Of a stretch of DNA of 64,000 bases, positions 40,944-51,295 are shown piece by piece (within the stretch, counting starts at the first letter, position 1; the number at the start of each line of letters is the position of its first letter). The position numbers and the translations under genes were made by a program. The notes under the pieces are model-generated. The model was not told the DNA's origin, did not search any database, and was given only the letters and a program-made list of their open reading frames with translations. This DNA is from a virus (lineage: Duplodnaviria; Caudoviricetes): the IMG/VR virus record IMGVR_UViG_3300031998_000005. One strand, written 5' to 3'.

Positions 40944-42498
40944 CTACTTGGACTTTCCTTTCTTGGTGGGCTTTACCGTCGTTTCAGTAATCGTTTGAAG
41001 CCGTGCGGGGGAAGGCGGGCGGGCGATAGCCCTGCGGGTCATCTTGACGTTTTCCTGCGGGGTCTTCTTCACATCGGCTTCCCACTGCTCTGCCGTGGCT
41101 CTCGGCAAAATGATGGCTTCCTGTCCACCAGGACAGATGATTACAAGACGGCTATCGGTGCTGTCATCCATAAGGTGTGCTCGGTAGCCACAGCCCATCC
41201 ACATAGTCGTGGGGGTAATAGTTTCTTTCTTCTTTGCCATAAGGTTATCCTCTCTGTTTATGGTTTAATTTAGAAAAGCGTAGCGGATATGTCGGGCGGT
41301 TCATACTCTACCGGTCCTTCCTTACGTTGTATTTCCACGCAGTCGGCACACAGGTGCAAGTAGTCGGTGTATTGGAGTTTATCCCCGAACGTGCATTTAT
41401 AGAACAGGCAGGGCTTGTTCTCCCCGCAGATGTCGCAGGAAAAGTCCATAGGTCATTTCCCCACGGAGTCGGTGCGGATAAACCGCTGTTGTGAATACTC
41501 AAACCACTGCTTCCCGTCATACATAAAGCACCCTTTGAAAAGCCCGTAGTCGCACTCGTAGCCAAGTTGTTTAGCCTTTTGGCTACACGAATACAAACTT
41601 GAATAGTAATAAGGCACTAGGGCTACGGAAACAGGTCCCAAGACAGCCAAAGCCATTAGGCTGATAAAAAACAGGTTTTCAATCGTATGGATGTAGGCGA
41701 TTATCGTAAGAACTGCAGCCAAGATTGTCAAGACGATTAGTATTACCATTAGTCCTCCAAGTTGCTGTTGTAATGTGTAACATCGTGATACACGGGCTTG
41801 TTGCCCTTGTTGCCCCGAACAAGGTATTTCTCGTGGTCGTAGGTAAACTGCTTTGCGTCATCTATACGGCAGAACGCCACCTCGTTATATTTCCCGACCA
41901 AATCGTAGTTGTTGAAATCACGAGCCGTAGAAGTTGCCTGTTGGAACAAGGTAAGGTTCACCGATTTCCAAAACAGGAATCGCCTGTATTGAACGATGTA
42001 GCGGGTTTCTCCAAGTTCCTTATCAAAGTATTCCTTAATTCTCCATTGCATTTTTGGTTTCTCCGTAGATTTTATAGATACGTTTAGAGGGCTTTCATCA
42101 CAGGTAGATGACTTTCTACAATCCTGCTCAAACATTTCAAACGTCGGGATTTTCCAATTACAGAAGCCATCTGTGAACTTGCTAACCACAAGTTCGTGTT
42201 CACTATAGGGGATTTGGTCATCGGATTTACCAGGATAACTTCTATCGTTAATCCGAACAGGCACTAAAGAGAACATCGGAGCAGACGTATATCCGATAGC
42301 CTGCTGACAAATAAACCCGTGCCCCTTGGCGAGCCATTCAAGCAGTTGCATATAGGTCATACGCTTCGGGTGGCACTTCCAACAGAAGTCCTTACCGCCT
42401 GCACTATCCGCGGGATTAAATTCGTCCGTGGTCTTATACGCTTTCCCACAGCCATCGCATATATAGGTCATAGACCCATCTGTAAGTTTCATTCTCAT
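40944..42498 (-). CDS. three hypothetical proteins (40944-41240, 41453-41749 membrane, 41749-42498 Zn-finger N-terminus)
   Basis: Co-oriented ORFs. Confidence 0.65.
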
Positions 42499-42968
42499 AC
42501 TTTCTCCTTTGTCTTACGGACACGTCGTTCCAGGAAAGTAAACGATGCCATCCACCCCTTGTGGTTAGCCATATAGTATGCGGACGGACAGCCATCCTTA
42601 AAGTCGCCCTTGGTCTTGTATTTAAGGGCTTCTGCCCTGCAAGTTTCTTCTGTCCAAAAGTGCTTTTCGCCCATACCCCTTATAAGCCCGAAACTCTTGA
42701 GCCATCCCTTTTGATTGGCTATCACGTATGCGGACGGGGATTGTGTCCTAAACTCTGGGAGAGTGCGATACTTGGACGCTTCGGCTAGACAGGCTTCGTA
42801 TGTCCAAAAGTTGCGTGGCACTCGTTCACGGACGAGCCACGTGTAATCGTCATACCACCCCATCTTCGCAGCCTTCATCGCCACGGAGCGGTGTTTGTTC
42901 CAAAAGTCCTTGGTGGTCTTGCAGGACATCGCCACGGATTTGCAATAGTCTTCGGTCAGTTTAGCCAT
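42495..42968 (-). CDS. three-repeat basic protein (WTxExC..A.KY.T..F....SAY..A..KGW)
   Basis: Three ~48-aa internal repeats. Confidence 0.75.
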   Translation of the reverse strand: MAKLTEDYCKSVAMSCKTTKDFWNKHRSVAMKAAKMGWYDDYTWLVRERVPRNFWTYEACLAEASKYRTLPEFRTQSPSAYVIANQKGWLKSFGLIRGMGEKHFWTEETCRAEALKYKTKGDFKDGCPSAYYMANHKGWMASFTFLERRVRKTKEKV

Positions 42969-42983
42969 AAGAAATTCTCCCTG

Positions 42984-45364
42984 TTAGATACTGCAAATCG
43001 CATAAATAAAGAACAACGCCCAAAAGAGAGCAAGGTAGGGGCAGATGATGGTGGTCAGCATCATAAAGCACATAAACAGCCAAAAGGCAACCGTATCTCC
43101 GTGGGGAATGTAGATACTACTCAAAATAGCGATAACACCCAGGACAGCCATTGCCACAGGATGCGGGAACACTCCCCACACAATCCGTCCCACGAGCCTA
43201 CGGACACCACTGCTCTTGCTGACGATGGCACTCCCGATATATTTATGAATAGTCCGCTTGAACCTACGGGAGTCCTTCTCGGATGACAGGTCGCTAAATT
43301 CTTCAATGTCCTGGTGTCTAGTATTGGTATAGAACCGCATACCATCTTCGGAAATAATCCCGAAGACATAATCCCCGAACGCTACACTAAATTCGGGAAC
43401 GTCCTGTATGCCCGTAGATACTATGAGGCATCCGTAGGATTCCAAATAATCACAGGCTTCCTTATACGTCATACACAAGCCTCCTGTCCTTTAGCGATAC
43501 TTGCAATAAAGGATTCCACGATAGTTTTGAACTTGCAGTCATCCAAGAGTGTGGGGCTAAACTTAAAGAACTCCATCGTGGGCGTAGGTTTCAGCAGATA
43601 CAGGTAAACACCTTCCATAGACATACGCCCGAACCTAGTCCCCTTGTAATACACACTGATGTATGTTCCATTCACCCCTGCGTGTTTATCCATAGCGACG
43701 GTGCAACCAAGGCTGTCAAGATACTCACACACCTTTGTAGCGGGTTCTTCACGATGGCTGTAAAGGAACATATCGTTGGCAAGCCGTTCCAGGTTGGCAC
43801 AGGTCAGCGGAGTATAAGTCATATCCTTGGTGGCTTCGTGAAGAAGAATCCCTGCGGATTCCCTTTCAAGTTGCCCGAAATCACGGCAGGCGTGTCCTTC
43901 GCAATCTTCAAGGATTTCCTGCAAGGTCAATCTGCCAAACGCTTGGTAGTCCTTGTAGGTTTGGATATTCAAGTGCCCGATGTTGTGGAAATTTCCCTGC
44001 ACGAACTTGTCCAAGATAGCCTCTTGGTTCTCTGTCATAAAATCCATTTCTTCCTGCGTTTCACAAACGAAACTGAAATGGCAGCCATCACGGGCAATAT
44101 CTTTCGGTTCAACTTTAATCATCGCTATCTATTCTCCAAAAATGCGGTTTTCCCATTCTTCCTTGGTTTCGCCTTCCCGCTGTTCCAATTCGCTCGGATA
44201 AGATGTGTCGGGAGTTACCAATCGTCTATTGTTCTGCTCGCACCATTCCCTGTTGGTTACATCTAGCAGGGTCACTTGGATGTCAAGGGCATCGGGGTCA
44301 TCGGCACAGAAATAGATAGTGCCACTACGGTCCTTGATGTAGATGACATCTTCAAGAGTAAAGATGGTGCTTTTGAACAGGCGAGTTTTCCAAGCATCGT
44401 CAAGCAAAAGGGTCTTGTCGGTTTCCTGGACTACCTTATGAAATCCGTGCCACTCGCCTTTCCATTTCGCTCCACGGGTCGCCACCTGTTTCCAACCCAA
44501 GGTCGGATAGTCCGTGCGGGGCTTGAACACAGGTTTCTTCTTCTCATAGTAATCGTGTAGGTTGCCCTTTTCGTTCAATCTACGGACACAGGAATGGTGG
44601 CAATCCCACCGATTCCTGTAAGTGTGAACACAGCCCATAGCCTTGCACTCGTCAAAGGTGTGCTTTGGCACGAGTTCATAGGCTTCGTCTTCAAGTTCCC
44701 TAATCTGGCATTTGAGTTCCGTAATACGGGAACTGATAGCCCGCAACTTGGCATAGGTTTCTTCGGAGATAATCTCCATCGTCATCGGCTTGGGTTTATC
44801 CATCGGACTATCCCCTACTTACACAGCCTTGTCATAGGCTTCACGCTTCTTGTCATAGATACGATTGGACAGGTCAAGAACCTTGTCGCACCACACAGCC
44901 TGCGGGTCGTAGCGGTTGCCGTTCTTGTCGGTCGCCAACGGTCCGTTGAGCGGACAGGTGCAAACCTTGTTGTAATCCCCGTGTCCATAAATCGGGGAAC
45001 AGAAATACAGATGGGTATGCCCAAAGTGGGCAATCTTGGTGTAGGCGGTCAGCGGTTCGGTGTAGAGCCTGCGGAGCATTTTGAGAGCCTGTTCACGATA
45101 GTAGTGAATGTCATACTGACGATAAGCACCACGATTGTTCCAAGCAATAGCCATTTTGGTCCTAATGCTGTCCTTACGCAGCGATTCGTATGCCATTCTT
45201 TGACCCTTGGCACGGTCTCGTTGGCAATCTGCCATTCTGTAAATCAAGTCCTGGACTTCTTCACGGACGGGCTGTCTGCGGTAATAGAGCGTAGCCAAAT
45301 ACCAAACCTGGGTTTGGTCGTTGTGTTTAAGAGCGGAGCGGAAAGCGGTCTTTGTGAATTTCAT
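42984..45364 (-). CDS. four hypothetical proteins (42984-43478 membrane, 43469-44122, 44129-44803, 44819-45364)
   Basis: Operon downstream of promoter 45401-45429. Confidence 0.7.
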
Positions 45365-45400
45365 CGGATTTGTCCTCGGCTGTGATGGTTGTCTAGGATA

Positions 45401-45429
45401 AATATAACTAATTACCTAGCCGTTGTCAA
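45401..45429 (-). promoter_or_regulatory. conserved phage early promoter
   Basis: TTGACA-17-TATATT. Confidence 0.85.
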
Positions 45430-45468
45430 TAGGTTTTTGTAAAATAAGTCAATTTTTTTTTGAATAAT

Positions 45469-45495
45469 AAAAACCCCGACTTGCGGTCGGGGTTT
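45469..45495 (-). terminator. intrinsic terminator
   Basis: AAACCCCGAC-TTGCG-GTCGGGGTTT. Confidence 0.8.
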
Positions 45496-45523
45496 ACAAC
45501 AGGAGTTATGATTCAAGTTCGGG

Positions 45524-45790
45524 CTAGTAAAGCACGTCAATAGTCTTGTTGATGACATCACGAGCAATATAGGCATTTGCCGTTCCACCAACGGGAACAG
45601 ATGCCACAACATTCCCCTTGTAAACTATATCTACAATTTCTCCCGATGGAGATTCACGTAGAACATAGTTGATATTACTGCCCCCACGGAAACATTGGGC
45701 AAGTTCACGCAGTTTCAAAATAGTTTCTTCTGCGTTATCATCCAAGGACTCGGAGCGGTGTTCCATTACTTTGATTTTCAACTTGGACAT
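45524..45790 (-). CDS. MSKLKIKVME-tagged hypothetical protein
   Basis: Shared N-terminal tag. Confidence 0.7.
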   Translation of the reverse strand: MSKLKIKVMEHRSESLDDNAEETILKLRELAQCFRGGSNINYVLRESPSGEIVDIVYKGNVVASVPVGGTANAYIARDVINKTIDVLY

Positions 45791-45795
45791 ACAGA

Positions 45796-46038
45796 TTACC
45801 CTTTTTTGCGTTCGGCAGGCTTGTCGTTCGGTTCGCTAGTCACATACATCTTCTTGAACACGTAGTCAAGATACCAGGAAGACCAGCAATTCTCGCAGAA
45901 ATACTCCACGTAGATATGTTCGCCATCCCAATTTTCTTCGGGTTCGGGTGCTTTCGCTCCGCAGTGCGGGCAGAACTCATAACGAGCCATAGACATCCTT
46001 GCGTCTTCTTTCACTTTGATTTTAAGTTTGTTTGCCAT
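45796..46038 (-). CDS. MANKLKIKVKE-tagged Zn-ribbon protein
   Basis: Tag plus CPHC/CENC. Confidence 0.7.
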   Translation of the reverse strand: MANKLKIKVKEDARMSMARYEFCPHCGAKAPEPEENWDGEHIYVEYFCENCWSSWYLDYVFKKMYVTSEPNDKPAERKKG

Positions 46039-46056
46039 AGTAATGGTCCTCACGGA

Positions 46057-46836
46057 TTAGAAATTGTTGCGGGAAACGCCACCGAACATATTGACCATAG
46101 TATCGCACATACGGTCGTAGATGACATCTTTCAAGTCTTCCTTGGTCTTTTCAGTATCTTCCAAGCCCTGTTCGGAAATAATATCTTCAGCCATACTCTC
46201 GGCAAGACGCATCATATCGTCCACGATTTCACAGAAGATACCCGATTCGTCAGCGTATTCTTCATCAACCTTTTCATCTGCCCACGTGTAATAATCATCG
46301 GGGTAGTCATCCTTTTCGTTCTTCTTACGCAGGCTTTCCTTTTTCTTCTGCATAGAAGATTTCTTCATCTTGCTCTCTCCCGTTTTGGACTCGCCCTTGT
46401 AGTCCGACAGATATGAAATAAAGTTGTAGAAATCATCAGCCGTATGCTTATCGGACGTGAACTCTTTGTGCGTGGAAGAATGGGGGCGTTCGGGATTGAA
46501 CCCATACAGGTCAAGCGTAGCGGTATGACTATGCGGGTTAAGCCAAACATCAACTGCCCTTTCACCATCAACTTCTTCATAGCACAGGTGCAGGCAGTCG
46601 CCTATCATATCCACGTTGTTTGCCTTGGTCAGTTTGAAACCCTGCTGTGTCAAACCATTCCCAGGAGTGCCGTTGGCGATATGGGCACAATCCAACATAA
46701 AGTTTATCGCCTTTTCGGAATAATTAGGCTTTTGACCCGTATAACAACGCTTGACGAAATCACGATATGCCTCGCCAAAATTAGCGTAGTCCTGTGCTTC
46801 CGTAACAGAACGGCTCTTGATTGTAAGTTTAGACAT
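46057..46836 (-). CDS. MSKLTIK-tagged protein with internal SMQKKKESL and acidic C-terminus
   Basis: Both tags present. Confidence 0.75.
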   Translation of the reverse strand: MSKLTIKSRSVTEAQDYANFGEAYRDFVKRCYTGQKPNYSEKAINFMLDCAHIANGTPGNGLTQQGFKLTKANNVDMIGDCLHLCYEEVDGERAVDVWLNPHSHTATLDLYGFNPERPHSSTHKEFTSDKHTADDFYNFISYLSDYKGESKTGESKMKKSSMQKKKESLRKKNEKDDYPDDYYTWADEKVDEEYADESGIFCEIVDDMMRLAESMAEDIISEQGLEDTEKTKEDLKDVIYDRMCDTMVNMFGGVSRNNF

Positions 46837-46859
46837 CTAGCAACTCCAAGGCTTACAGG

Positions 46860-47273
46860 TTATTCTTCGTCTTCATCGGATTCAACATCGTTTTCGGACA
46901 CGTTGCCTTCACGAATGCACCACTCCACGAAATCGTCCTTGCTACTAATTGCAGATTTAAGATATTCGTCCACATCGCCTTCATCCACGGAAACCATATT
47001 GGCATAGCCGTTAAGGAAGAAATAATCCCTGTTCGGGTTAAAGGCTTCCTTATTGTCGGAGTTATACGGGTTGTAATCATACCCAAAGAAAGCACGTTGA
47101 AGAATGTTGATAGCATCATCGCCACAAGCCATTTTGACGTTTTCTTCGTCAAGTTCCATCAAGGCATCATCGGGCTGTTCTTCATACAGGTATTCCCTGC
47201 CGTATTCGCTGACGAGCGATTCATACACGTCATCGTCATCCAAGACCTTGGCTTTGAGTTCTTCATCGGTCAT
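46860..47273 (-). CDS. highly acidic protein (FNPNRDYF..NGYAN)
   Basis: AGGAG RBS; very D/E-rich. Confidence 0.75.
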   Translation of the reverse strand: MTDEELKAKVLDDDDVYESLVSEYGREYLYEEQPDDALMELDEENVKMACGDDAINILQRAFFGYDYNPYNSDNKEAFNPNRDYFFLNGYANMVSVDEGDVDEYLKSAISSKDDFVEWCIREGNVSENDVESDEDEE

Positions 47274-47396
47274 AATCTTACTCCTGTCCACTATGGATGG
47301 TTAAAATTGTTTTCAACCTAAATATACATTATTTCTACGAAAGTATATTGACAAACCACAAATTTACCCATAAACCCTGCCACCCTAGCGTATAAC

Positions 47397-47426
47397 AAAA
47401 CCCCCGTCCTAGTCGGCAGGGGGCAT
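47397..47426 (-). terminator. intrinsic terminator
   Basis: CCCCC..GGGGG stem plus TTTTGTT on - strand. Confidence 0.6.
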
Positions 47427-47431
47427 TTAGT

Positions 47432-50400
47432 TTAGTCCTTTACACCCAAAATTTGCTTGATTTCCTGTTCGGGGACATCTTCAATGTTCTGCACCCGAAC
47501 CTCAATGGAGTAATATCCGTGGTATAGTTGAGCCTTGCCTTTCTTCCACGCCTTCAAGCGGTCGGGCGACGGTTCACGCTTGTTGTAGTCCACAAGGACA
47601 TCGGTAGTCATCAAGAACCGCCCATCTTCAATGTTGGACACAGCCCAGTGGTCTATGGACAGATACTTGTCGTTCGGGGATATGAACGCAAGCAGGCGGT
47701 CAAGCGAATCATACTTGCCAGGATATACCATTTCTTGACCCCCACGACATTCCCGTTTCGGCATCCACCCATCTTTCGGGTCATCGGGATATGCTTCAAA
47801 CAGGGTCAGCGTAGCCGTGCGGACATAGAACAATCTTTTCATACAGATACTTTCTCCTAATCTTCATCTTCAAGATACATACAATTTGCCCAACTATCTA
47901 TAAAAGATTCCTTGCAAGTAATGATAGGAGCAAAGCCCCCACCAAATTCCTCACGGATAGGATGACCCGACCGCAGGGAATCCCAATCACATTCTTCTTG
48001 GGCAGGACACACCGAGCAGGGGTCTTTCGCCATCAAGAGTTCATACAACTTTTCGGGCGTAAGTTCCTGTTTGAACTTTTCAAAGTTCGTCATTCCTTCA
48101 ACTCCCGATTGAGAAACCAAGCGTGGATGTGAGCCTGGATAGGTGCGTCAATCTTGCCCCCGTGTCGCTCGCCCTTTTCGTCAAAGGTATAGAGTTCGGC
48201 AATATCATCGCAGGACACTTCCACGAACGGAAACACGATGTATTGAACCCGCTCGGAAATATGCCTAGCGGAAAAGGCAGGGTCTTTCTCAACTTCGTTT
48301 TGAGCCGACACAGACAGAACCAACTTGGAACGGAAACCGATAGGAACACCACATTCCTCCGTTCCGTCCTTACGGACAATACAGACCATCGGCATATCCA
48401 AGCCTATTCGTTTCTCTTTCATTTTGCCTTCTCCTGTTTGAATGTAGCGGTCACATCGCCCACCTTGAAATAGACCGAAGCGTTTGCAATCTTCTCCATA
48501 AACTCGTTGAACGGACACGATAACTCAACCGTCGTATTTTTCCAACAAGCGGAAGTCTTGGAGAGATAGTTGATGAATTTTTCAAACGGGATAGTCTTCT
48601 GCTTTCGGGCTTCGTATTCTGCGTCCAGAAACTGCTTGACATTAGCGATAGCCTTACGAACCTTGGATTCGGTAATCCCACGGGGGCTATCCGTCTCTAG
48701 CACGTAAAAGTCAAAGTCCGACAAAGCCAAATTGAGTTTGTTTCTCGGAGCAGTGATGCGGACATACGTGCTATCGTCATCGGTAAAGTCTTCGTAGGCT
48801 GCAACCTCAATCGGCTTATCCGAAAGCGGGTGCGTGATTGTGAAATAACTACCCTCGTCAAGATATTCCTTATTCTTTTCCACATCGGGAGTCAGCCCGC
48901 AGTCAAGGCAAATGCGGTTGAAATCTTCCATAGAGAGCCGATAGGGTTCATTCGTGGGAACATCATCCGACCAAGCAGACGAACCTTTAATACACATATA
49001 AGTTTTTCCTTATTGATGATAGGATAATTCGGAAATAGATTTGATAGATGCTTTCTCGGCATCGGTCAGTGGACCGTGTGTAGCGGTAAACTTGCGGAGC
49101 ATACCCGAAAGTTCCGTCTTCATCTGCTTAATGCTAGTTTCACGTTCGTTCGGGATTTCAATTTCCTGCCAATACAGCATATCTTTCACGACAAAGTTGC
49201 ACCCACACGCCACGTCGGGAAATTCCAATTTATTATCGGGGTGGACAATAACCACTAGGGTAATTCTGCGATTATCCCCCGCATCAAAAACCGCAAGCAA
49301 CTTGCGATTAGTCGGACACTGCTTTCTTTGGTCATTCCAAGAATCTTTTGTAATCATCGGATAGTTCCTTACTTGTAAAAGAGTTCTTCAATTTCGTCAT
49401 ACACTTCCTGCTTGGAATGCTCGGCAATCCAATTAGGGGTGTTGTCTATCAAATCACGAACCAAGCAAGACCGCTCGTAAACGTGGTCATCTATTTCAAG
49501 AGTGCCATCTTTGCAATTAAGCGTCATCGTAATTTCCTCCAAAGTAATCGGCAAGTTCCTGCCATCGGGCAAGCCACTTGTTCCACAAGTCCATCTTATC
49601 GGCAATCATCTTATCGGCTTCTTCTACACGCCTAACAAGAGCCTTACTAGACTGCTCCCAATATGCCAACTTCTTCTTGCAATACTTCACCAAAGAAAGG
49701 CAACGCCTGTAATTGCTGTGGAGCAGGCGGTTTTCGTAAGCCATAGATTTCTTCAAGAAATAATCATACCGCTCCATATAATACTTGCGGTCGGTGTCAA
49801 AGCACAGGCGATGGGCATCCAACTCGCAGATGGCTTCATCCACTTTCTGTCGGGGATAGTATTCATCGTTAGGGTCTAATCCCCCAACGATATTGGAAGC
49901 AAACACGGGCTTCAAGTCTTCAAACTTGTAGTGCCATTCCTCATTGACAGCGGGAGCCTTGTCGTTATACTTGTCCATAAGCCCGTGGATGACATCGGAC
50001 ATCTTGCCCCAGGTGGTATAGTCATCGTTAGGAATGACTACCCAATAATCTCCGCACTCCCGCACATCGCTGTCGCCTTCAGCCATAATAGCCTCTGCGA
50101 TTTCACAGCGTTGGTCGTGGCTGTGATGGGTGACTTTGAGCAGGAACGAGTAGTTCTCTCGGTCTTCTTTGATAATGCTAATCATCGGGATTACTCGGTT
50201 TTCGTAGTTTAGTCAATTTGCAGATTTACTTGAAGGTATGCCACCTTATAGTCATCCACATACACCTTATGATTTCTATTAGGACCCTTCGGGGACTCCT
50301 GCACATACAACCCCGTAATAGGGACTACTTCCGTAGTATGGTCATATTGAGAAAATGCCCCGTCTGTTCTGCTAGTCGTATAATTGACCTGGCACTGAAT

Positions 50401-50466
50401 AATGTCAGTATCGGACAAGGGTTCAAGCACTTTAAGCAAGTCTGCTTTAGTCATAATGGGTTTCAT
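47432..50466 (-). CDS. run of hypothetical proteins (47432-47842, 47857-48093, 48090-48422, 48419-48997, 49010-49357, 49517-50185, 50209-50466)
   Basis: Co-oriented coupled ORFs. Confidence 0.65.
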
Positions 50467-50500
50467 TCAATTATCCTCGGTTTTAAGTGGTTCTGCATTA

Positions 50501-50529
50501 AATATAACAAAATACCTAGCCGTTGTCAA
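50501..50529 (-). promoter_or_regulatory. conserved phage early promoter
   Basis: TTGACA-17-TATATT. Confidence 0.85.
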
Positions 50530-50760
50530 TAGGTATTTTAATTTTAACCTTCTCCCGATGCTCCCGATAGACACGGGCTGCGTAGCCCGCACGGAAACCA
50601 AGAGCGAAAAACAGGCAAAACATAATACACCAGGCGAAATTAGGGAGTTCCATCTATATCCGTAAAAATGGGGGGTTTAAGTGGCAAATATGCAGTTTTT
50701 CTGCATATCTTGGGGTTATTTTGGCAAAAATCGGGTGTTTAGCACAAAAATAGGTGGCTT

Positions 50761-51129
50761 TTAACCCGCATTGTCAAACAGCGACAGAAAGTCAATGACC
50801 ACACGCTGTTCGGCTGTTTCTTTAAGAAAGACAGTTTCAAGTTCAAACTCGTGGTAATCCCTTGCAAGGTATTTCGTAAACACAAAGCCGTTCTCCAAGA
50901 GATACACAGCGTCTTCCTTGCTATACCAATGGAGCAAGTCATCTACCTTGGAGCAGGACGAAAACCAATTCTTGCCGTCAATGTGATAGCGGGAGTCATA
51001 TCCCATCGGCAAGTTCTTCGCCTCACCCTTGCACCCGCTACACCCCCAAACATATTCGTTCTTGGTGTTATACCACAAGCCGTTATTCTCGTCCACGGCT
51101 TCAAGACGATATAGCCATTTCGGTTCCAT
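50761..51129 (-). CDS. hypothetical protein, paralog of 12072-12443
   Basis: Shared motifs. Confidence 0.75.
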   Translation of the reverse strand: MEPKWLYRLEAVDENNGLWYNTKNEYVWGCSGCKGEAKNLPMGYDSRYHIDGKNWFSSCSKVDDLLHWYSKEDAVYLLENGFVFTKYLARDYHEFELETVFLKETAEQRVVIDFLSLFDNAG

Positions 51130-51295
51130 AAGGTATTCTCCTATTTGTTATTTCCAAAAAGAACTCGGTATAAATGTTTCTCGGTTTCCGTAAAGGGTCT
51201 GCCATACTTTGACGGGAACGGGTCGCCCCCATCCACGGGAACAGGTTTTCCCGTAGCCTGCATAGCAAAGACCCTCTTTTCCATTTCGCTGAAAC

